Shown here piece by piece: positions 1-6,225 of a DNA stretch of 10,519 bases. Every line of letters starts with the position of its first letter. Positions within the stretch are counted from its first letter, which is position 1. The position numbers and the translations under genes are program-made. The notes under the pieces were generated by a model. That model did not search any database and was not told the origin of the DNA. It saw only the letters and a program-made list of their open reading frames with translations. The stretch is from Polyangiaceae bacterium (GTDB taxonomy: Bacteria; Myxococcota_A; Polyangia; Polyangiales; Polyangiaceae), in assembly GCA_044222475.1 (NCBI GenBank), contig JBGANF010000200.1, positions 1 through 10,519 on the forward strand, written 5' to 3'.

Positions 1-3000
1 CCGTCCGAGATCATCACGAGCAGCTTCGCCTTGCGCTTGCTCGCCTTGGCGACGTTGGCGACGTGGAAGAGCCCAGCCGCGTCGTTGTTGCCGCCCCCGG
101 CTTGGAGCGCGTGAGCGGAGCAGCGGTTCGCGTCGCCGGCGTCGTAGATGACGCGATCGGTGAAGCCGAACGCGCGGAAGTCCACGCCGGGCAGCCCGCG
201 CGCCGCCTCGGCGAGGAGCGCCGCGAAGAGCCGCGCGCGCTCCATGTTGTCGCGCGTGGACATCGAGCCGGAGCAGTCGACGATGATCCCGAGGAAGAGA
301 TCCGACTTGGTCTGCCTGGAGCGCGCCATCAGCGCGCGCGGATCGCCGCGCAGGACCAGCGGCTTCAGCCGAGCGCGGTCCACTCGAAAGCCGGAGAGCC
401 GCATCCGCTGCGCGACGAGGCGCATGCCGAGATCCTCGAGGTACTTCCGCATCAGCGCTGCCGGCCGCTGCACCCTCGCGGCGAGCTTCGCGTGCTCCGC
501 CGGATCGAACGGGAGCTTCTCCACCACGCCGATGCGGTCGAAGTCGCTCTTCGGGTTGATGTTGAGCCACGGACGACCGGGTTTCCCCGTGGTCCCGGGA
601 TCGCGCCGGTCGGTCTTGGGATCCAGCACGCGCTCGACCTCGCGCTCGATCTCCTCTTGGGTGATTCCCTCGCCCCAGATGATGTCCTCGGAGCTGCCCT
701 GCTCGAGCGACTCGTGGGGGCCGAAGCTCTCGACCAGCTGGGTCTCCCAGCCGAAGATCTCCTTGAGCTCCTTGGTGATCGCCCACAGATCCTTCATCTC
801 GGACTGCCGGAACTTCGGGCCTCGGAACAGCTCGAGCGCTCGCTCCACGCGCGGGTCGTCGTGGCGGTTCCCGAGACCCATGCGCAGCGCGCGCACGAAC
901 CGCGAGAACGCCATGCCCGAGCGCTCCATGAGCGACAGGAGCTCACCGCTCTCCACGACGATCGACGCCGGGTCGCGCGCGACGCCGAGCGTCGTCTTCG
1001 ACAGCACCGCGAACGCGCGCCCGCCGAGGTGGCCGATCACCTTGTCGACCTCGATCTCGCGCGCGGTGTGCTGGAACGCGTACGCCGCCAGCCGCTTGAG
1101 GCGGTCGCCGTAGCTCGCGTCCATCGCGCGGAGGTTTCGCTCGAGGTGCTCGTCGGCGACGAGGTTCAACACGCCGTGAAGACCGGCCTTCTGCGCTTCG
1201 TCCCAGATCGCGGTCGCTCCTGTCCCTTTGTGGTACAGGTGGTGTCCGTACTCGTGGAGGATCAGCCCCTCGACGATCTCGCGACCGAACTGCTCGCCTC
1301 GCAGGATGGGGAGCGGGGTCACGAAGATCCGGCGCTCGTTCAGCCTGGTATGTCCCAAGCTTCCCCCGCCGGTCATCTGGACGCGGAAGCCCTGCCCGAG
1401 GAGCTCGCGTCCGGTGCGGACGCCCCACGCGAACGTGTCGGCGACGCGCCGTAGCTTGCGGAAACGGCCGAAGCCGAACCCGGTCTTCAGCTTCGCGGCC
1501 GCCTTCTGGCGCACCGAGTCGGCGGTGGCTCCGGTGAGCACCACCGCGGTCGCGTCTTCGGCCGCGATCGGGTCGACTCCGGGAGCTCCGAGGTGGTGCA
1601 AGAGCGACGCCTCTTTGGCCAGGGCGTTGCCCGCCGCGAGCATCGACACGCACGTGACGTCGACGAGCCGCGGCGGCACGCCGCGAAGCAGCGTCGAAGT
1701 CCCAGCCGACGCGTCGAGCTCCTGTTGGAGCACGAGCGAGAACGCGACGAAGTCACCGCGAGCGTGAAGGTGCGCGGCGGCCGAGCGGCGCAGGCTTCCC
1801 ATGCGGTCGCTCCCCCGATCGAGGAACTCGCGGAGCGCGGCGAGGCAGGCTTCGCCCTGACCCTGCTCGAGGAGGTGGCTCACCGCGCGCAGGTACGCGT
1901 GCGGGTGCGGGGCGGCCGCGAGCGCGCGGGCGACCTCGGTCGCGTCTCCCGCGAGGGTGACCAGCGCGTCCCAGTCGCGCGCCTCGAAGAAGCGGTCCGT
2001 CGTCTCCTCGCGGAGGAGAGCGAAGAGGTCGCCCAACAGCGACCGCTCCCCGCGCTCGATGAACGAGCGCGTGATGCGGTAGCGCAGCTCGCGGGATCGA
2101 GTCGGGTCTGCCGCCAGCGACCGAGCGCGGGCGAGAGACGGGCCGTCGTCCCAAAGTGGGATGCTCTCGGCGATGGGGCGGACGAAGGGAACCGGCTCGG
2201 TCCGCTCGAGGAGCCGCGCGAGGCGGGCGCGACCGTCCTCGCCGAGGACCATGAGCCGAAGCGCGGCCTCGTGGACCAGCGCGACGTCGTCACCGGCGCA
2301 CAGCGCCTCGAGGCGATCGAGGTCGCCGCTCCGTTCGATGTCGCGCACGACGTCGGCCGAGGGCTTCACGACGGGCGGGCGCTCGATCCGATGCTCGAGC
2401 CCCGCGGCGTCGACGAAGCGCGCGAGCCGCTCGCGCGTCTCGGTGGCGAGGTCGGGGAGGAGCAAGCGGACCTCGCCGAGGCGGGGCGCCGCGAGCTCGG
2501 CGGTGGCCTTTTGGCGCGCGATCGTCACCAGCGCCTCGGCGGCCCAAGGCCCTTCGGGCCGCGGGAGCGCCAGCACGAGGGCCTCGACGAGCGTCGGCGA
2601 CACGAGCTCGAGGTAGCGAGCGGCGTCGCGCGCCGCGGTGACGGCGAGCCACCGCGCCGCGGCGGCGAACAGATCCTGGCGCCCGCGGCTCCAGGGCAGG
2701 GCGCGGATCGCCGCGAGCCCGCCAGCGAGTGATCCATGCAGAGTGCACATGTCGTCGACGGTCTTCTTCGCGTGGCGTTCCCATCGCCAGAGCCACGCGT
2801 GGCCGAACAGCGAGAGGTCCGCCTTCGACCCGCTGAAGCGACTCACCATCTCGGTGTCGACCTCGTGGACGAACCGCGGCTCGTCGCTCGCGTAGCGCGC
2901 GAGCAGCGGCGCCGACGCGGCGATCGGGTCGGGAGACGCGAGCAGCGCGACCGTGGCCGCGACGCTGGCGGTGTGGTCGGTCCGGCGCGCGAGGAGGTCG

Positions 3001-4754
3001 ACCGCGCCGGTCGCTCCGCCGCGCGAGATGCCGGCGAGGAGCTTCGGGAGCTCGTCCACCCGCGCCGTCGCGACGTCGCGCGCGAGGACTCCCTTGATCG
3101 GCATCGCCGGCGGCGGCGCCTCTTCGGGGCGGACGCGTCGCTCCGCCCAAGCCCGCTCGACGCCGTTCGACGAACGCGTGAGCGCGTGGGCGAGCGCGAT
3201 CTCCTTGCCGTACTGAAACGTGGGCTCGCGATCGATCAAGTCGAGCACGAACGGCAGACACGGCGCCTTCACGAACGCGGCGACCCACGGATCGACCTCG
3301 TGCTCTCGCGCAGACGCGAAGAGGAGGCTCCGAGCCAGATCACCTTGGCCGTCGGGACGAGGGCGACCGCGCCACGTCGCGAGAGCTTCGGCGGTGCCGC
3401 TCGGGCCGATGCGGCGCACGAGCGGCGTCGCCAGCGCTTCGGCCCGCTCGGGCGTGATGCGCCCGGGGACGAGCTCCGCGAGCACGTGCGCGACGTCGAG
3501 GCGGTCGCACTGGGCGAGCATGTCGAGCACGGGGAGCGGCGCTTCGGCCGCGAACGTCACGAGCGCGCGGCGCCGCGCGCGCGTCGACGGGAAGAAGTCG
3601 AGGAACGCGATCTTGTGCGCGAGATCGTTCTCGGTCGCGAAGAAGAAGCGCGCGGAGTCCTCCGGGCGCGTCGCGAACGCCGCTTCGAGAGATCGGCGGC
3701 CGATCCAGCGGACGGCGCTCTTGTAGTAGTAGTCGTTCAGCCTCGACAGCACTGCCCCGATGACCGCGAGATCCGGGCCGCCGTCTTCGTGCGTGCAGAT
3801 CGGATCGAAGAGGATCGGAAGAACCGCCTCTTCGGGCTTCATCGGATCGTCGGTGGCGGAGTAGAGCTCGAACGCCGCCGGGCGGCGCGCGGCGCGCTCG
3901 ATCCACGGCGCGCGCAGGAGGTTCAGGTCGGCGCGCAGCGCCGCTTCGAGGACCCAGGGAACGATGCCGCGCTTGCCGGCGAGGAGCCGCACCATCGCGG
4001 TCGCGCACCGCGCGGCGTGATCGTCGAAGAGCTCGCTGGCACGCTTGAGCAGCTTGCGGAAGCTCGCTTCGTCGTCGACGAAGAGCTCGAAGAGATCGTC
4101 GAGGTCGTCGTCGGCGCGGTCGAGGATCGAACGGTCGGGCCCCTCGGGACGGAGCGCCGAGGCGAGGAAGTCGCTGCATCGCTCCGGTGCGCGCGCGCGA
4201 CTCGAGCCGAGCCACCCTTCGATGTCGGCATCGACGAGGATCTCGCGCGCGGCCTCTCGGGTGAGCAATCCGTCGCGGGCGAACTCGAGGACTGGCACGA
4301 CGTCGCTCTTTCGCGCCGGGAGCTTTCGACCGAGAACGAGGGCGCGGGTCGCTTCGTCGGCGACGAGGTGCAGCTCGAGGTGACGTGCCTGCTCGGGCGC
4401 GCCCATCGTCGCCGCGGCGACGCGAACGGCGTCCGTCGGATGAAAGATCGCGTGGGCCCATCGCGAGGGGTTCGTCTCCGCCGCGCGCTTCAGCGCCCCG
4501 AGCGCGGGCTCGGTCGCATCGTCGAGGTGCCGTGCGATCGCGCGCACGGCGAGGTAGCCGTCTGCGCCAGCGAGCGCGCGCAGCGCCGCCGGGTGGAGCG
4601 CCTTCGGTCCGTCGTCGAGGATCTCGAGGAGGCCGGCGAAGAACGGAACTCGATCACGCGGCGTAGCCTCGGCGAGCTCACGCAGGAGCTCGGGGAGCTC
4701 GGCGTCGTCGTACGCGCGCTGCGCGAGGATCCGGAAGAGCGTGAGGTCGCGCAC
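1..4754 (-). CDS. Large (>=1,584 aa, 3'-partial) cytoplasmic protein: HEAT/ARM-like helical N-terminus + HExxH zinc-metallopeptidase-like domain + C-terminal CobT/NorD-like VWA domain
   Basis: Manual translation of the minus strand shows no stop from 4862 down to position 1 (upstream in-frame TGA at 4865-4863). Probable start is GTG at 4754 (MRDLTLFRILAQRAYDDAELPELLRELAEA...); GTG at 4859 is the alternative. Motifs: GLILHEYGHHLYH (HEYGH at 1256-1242), LNLVADEHLERNL (N at 1166), pre-VWA RLSGFRVDRARL, LFLGIIVDCSGSM (DCSGS at 278-264), FGFTD, GGGNNDAAGL (starting at 98) and KLLVMISDG (26-1). Third codon positions are mostly G/C. The + strand ORFs 63..1454, 1593..2732 and 2736..5180 are its in-register antisense shadows. 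Confidence 0.9.
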   Translation of the reverse strand, partial: MRDLTLFRILAQRAYDDAELPELLRELAEATPRDRVPFFAGLLEILDDGPKALHPAALRALAGADGYLAVRAIARHLDDATEPALGALKRAAETNPSRWAHAIFHPTDAVRVAAATMGAPEQARHLELHLVADEATRALVLGRKLPARKSDVVPVLEFARDGLLTREAAREILVDADIEGWLGSSRARAPERCSDFLASALRPEGPDRSILDRADDDLDDLFELFVDDEASFRKLLKRASELFDDHAARCATAMVRLLAGKRGIVPWVLEAALRADLNLLRAPWIERAARRPAAFELYSATDDPMKPEEAVLPILFDPICTHEDGGPDLAVIGAVLSRLNDYYYKSAVRWIGRRSLEAAFATRPEDSARFFFATENDLAHKIAFLDFFPSTRARRRALVTFAAEAPLPVLDMLAQCDRLDVAHVLAELVPGRITPERAEALATPLVRRIGPSGTAEALATWRGRPRPDGQGDLARSLLFASAREHEVDPWVAAFVKAPCLPFVLDLIDREPTFQYGKEIALAHALTRSSNGVERAWAERRVRPEEAPPPAMPIKGVLARDVATARVDELPKLLAGISRGGATGAVDLLARRTDHTASVAATVALLASPDPIAASAPLLARYASDEPRFVHEVDTEMVSRFSGSKADLSLFGHAWLWRWERHAKKTVDDMCTLHGSLAGGLAAIRALPWSRGRQDLFAAAARWLAVTAARDAARYLELVSPTLVEALVLALPRPEGPWAAEALVTIARQKATAELAAPRLGEVRLLLPDLATETRERLARFVDAAGLEHRIERPPVVKPSADVVRDIERSGDLDRLEALCAGDDVALVHEAALRLMVLGEDGRARLARLLERTEPVPFVRPIAESIPLWDDGPSLARARSLAADPTRSRELRYRITRSFIERGERSLLGDLFALLREETTDRFFEARDWDALVTLAGDATEVARALAAAPHPHAYLRAVSHLLEQGQGEACLAALREFLDRGSDRMGSLRRSAAAHLHARGDFVAFSLVLQQELDASAGTSTLLRGVPPRLVDVTCVSMLAAGNALAKEASLLHHLGAPGVDPIAAEDATAVVLTGATADSVRQKAAAKLKTGFGFGRFRKLRRVADTFAWGVRTGRELLGQGFRVQMTGGGSLGHTRLNERRIFVTPLPILRGEQFGREIVEGLILHEYGHHLYHKGTGATAIWDEAQKAGLHGVLNLVADEHLERNLRAMDASYGDRLKRLAAYAFQHTAREIEVDKVIGHLGGRAFAVLSKTTLGVARDPASIVVESGELLSLMERSGMAFSRFVRALRMGLGNRHDDPRVERALELFRGPKFRQSEMKDLWAITKELKEIFGWETQLVESFGPHESLEQGSSEDIIWGEGITQEEIEREVERVLDPKTDRRDPGTTGKPGRPWLNINPKSDFDRIGVVEKLPFDPAEHAKLAARVQRPAALMRKYLEDLGMRLVAQRMRLSGFRVDRARLKPLVLRGDPRALMARSRQTKSDLFLGIIVDCSGSMSTRDNMERARLFAALLAEAARGLPGVDFRAFGFTDRVIYDAGDANRCSAHALQAGGGNNDAAGLFHVANVAKASKRKAKLLVMISD

Positions 4755-4767
4755 GAGGGGAAGACGA

Positions 4768-4776
4768 AGGATAGCG
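4768..4776 (-). promoter_or_regulatory. Putative -10 element (cgcTATCCT) for the large VWA gene
   Basis: TAnnnT hexamer at 4773-4768, 13 nt upstream of GTG 4754, with no Shine-Dalgarno. Nearly identical to cgcTATTCT upstream of the divergent gene. Confidence 0.35.
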
Positions 4777-4920
4777 AGATCGACGTTCTCCGTGTCGGAG
4801 AAGGCTCGGCGTCCTGGTCGCTGCGGGCCGTGCCACGCGCCTCGCGCCGTCGCATGCACCGTTCAGGCGCATGCGCGGCATCGCTCGGACACGCGAAGGG
4901 CTTCGCATCGGCTCCGGGAG

Positions 4921-5192
4921 CTCCAACGATCGGCTTTTTACGAACAGCCGCACGACTCATCTGCGGCACGATCACGGCAGAGCTCGAGCTCGCGCTCGGT
5001 CTCTGGCCCAAAGGTTCCCGATGGTGGTGCGTCCCGCGCCCCCGATCTCGAGTACGCGCAGGAATTGGGAACCGGGCACCGCGCCCGACTGCTCCCACCG
5101 GAGACGCCGTCGTGCTGGCGCGGTCTACGAGTCGCGACCGACTCGCGGTGTCTGAAACACCCTTCGCATTCGAATCATGAACATCGTTGGGG
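4921..5192 (+). ncRNA. Candidate structured RNA or DNA element (multi-branch fold), family not recognised
   Basis: A closing stem CTCCAACGAT (4921-4930) / ATCGTTGGGG (5183-5192) encloses hairpins at 4931-4950, 4978-5005, 5006-5077, 5102-5126, 5128-5145, 5147-5161 and 5163-5174. G-U wobbles favour the + strand. No credible ORF here. Folded by eye only, and high GC inflates chance pairing. Confidence 0.3.
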
Positions 5193-5322
5193 GCGAACCC
5201 CCCGCCGCGTCGCGTGCAGATGGGGGAGCCGCCATGCTGTCTGTGTGACTCTCATCCTCGATCTCCCGAGGAACGACGGTCGCGAGCGGAGTTCCTGACG
5301 GCTCGTCACGAGTTCGCGGGTG

Positions 5323-5331
5323 CGCTATTCT
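5323..5331 (+). promoter_or_regulatory. Putative -10 element (cgcTATTCT) of a leaderless transcript
   Basis: TATTCT at 5326-5331 lies 6 nt before ATG 5338, with no Shine-Dalgarno. Confidence 0.45.
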
Positions 5332-5337
5332 GCACCG

Positions 5338-6225
5338 ATGCGCGTCGCATCTTCCTTGGTCGCGGTGGCACTGGTCCTCCAAGGCTGCGGAAACGGCGGG
5401 ACGTCCTCGAACACCGGCAAGGACGGCGGCATCAACCCAGGCGGCGACTCGTCGATCCCCACGGATCTCGGCTGCGACGCGGACACGAAGCTCATCTACG
5501 TGATGACGCGCGACAGCTACCTTTACCGCTTCGATCCGCCGAGCAGTACGTTCACCTCGGTCGGCCGCATCGACTGCTTCAACGGCGGCGCCGAGGTCTT
5601 CTCGATGACGGTCGACCGCGCGGGCTTCGTGTGGATCCTCTACACCGACGAAGCGATCTACAAGGTGAACACCAAGGATCGCTCCTGCAACATCAGCGGG
5701 TGGGGCGCGGGACAGCAAGGCTTCGATCGGTTCGGCATGGCGTTCTCGTCCGACAGCCCCGGCGGACCGGAGGCACTGTACGCGAGCGACCTCCTCGGCA
5801 AGGGGCTCGCGCGCATCGATCCGAAGACGCTCAAGCTCGGCTACGTCGGCCCGTACGACGGGGTGGTCGCGGGCCGCGCGGCCGCGTTGACCGGCACCGG
5901 CGACGGCCGGCTGTACGGGTTCTTCACGACCGACCCCGCGCGCGTCGGCGAGATCGACAAGAAGTCCGGGCACGTCACGCCGAGCAACCCGCTGACGGGC
6001 GTGAAGACCGGAACCGATTGGGCGTTCGCGTTCTGGGGGGGCGATTTCTGGCTGTTCACCGCCGACCAGAGCGGCGCGCTCCCCCAACAAGCGAAGCCGA
6101 CCCAGGTCACGCGCTATCGACCGAAGGATGGTTCGCTCACGGTCACCGTTCCCAACGCGGGCTTCTTCGTCGTCGGCGCCGGCGTGTCGACGTGCGCGCC
6201 CGTCACCGCCCCCGATCCGAAGTAG
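5338..6225 (+). CDS. Putative lipoprotein (295 aa), probable beta-propeller fold, myxobacterial conserved hypothetical
   Basis: ATG 5338 gives the signal peptide MRVASSLVAVALVLQG-C with a lipobox, then a Gly/Ser/Thr linker. Repeated short beta-strand units follow (LIYV...LYRFDP; MTVDRAGFVWILY...IYKVNT; LYAS...LARIDP; LTGTGDGRLYGF...VGEIDK; FAFWGGDFWLFT...VTRYRP), ending VVGAGVSTCAP. Strong GC3 bias. The ORF-track GTG start at 5320 is less likely. Confidence 0.85.
   Translation: MRVASSLVAVALVLQGCGNGGTSSNTGKDGGINPGGDSSIPTDLGCDADTKLIYVMTRDSYLYRFDPPSSTFTSVGRIDCFNGGAEVFSMTVDRAGFVWILYTDEAIYKVNTKDRSCNISGWGAGQQGFDRFGMAFSSDSPGGPEALYASDLLGKGLARIDPKTLKLGYVGPYDGVVAGRAAALTGTGDGRLYGFFTTDPARVGEIDKKSGHVTPSNPLTGVKTGTDWAFAFWGGDFWLFTADQSGALPQQAKPTQVTRYRPKDGSLTVTVPNAGFFVVGAGVSTCAPVTAPDPK

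Noticed and set aside
1..4754. Calling the large gene cobT or norD
   Set aside because: Only the VWA subtype is similar. The protein is far longer, carries an HExxH module and a large solenoid, and no cob or nor genes are visible.
5011..5110. Cobalamin riboswitch-like fragments (AGGTTCCC...GGGAAccGG...ACTGCTCCC)
   Set aside because: The conserved GCAACTGT and AGCCAGAAGACC-type B12-box elements are missing, GGGAA is tied up in a local stem, and no B12-related gene follows. An Rfam scan would settle it.
63..5180. Long + strand ORFs 63..1454, 1593..2732 and 2736..5180 (814 aa)
   Set aside because: They are in-register antisense shadows of the real minus-strand gene, are Arg/Glu/Val-rich and have no motifs. 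Such shadows are typical of high-GC3 genes.
4921..5192. Retron msr-msd interpretation of the inverted-repeat-bounded structure
   Set aside because: No reverse transcriptase gene is adjacent and no single long msd-type hairpin is present.
4490..5298. Small ORFs over the intergenic region (4490..5098, 4678..4953, 4741..5298, 4871..5155)
   Set aside because: They have low-complexity Arg/Ser/Pro translations and no recognisable motifs, and most overlap the large gene.
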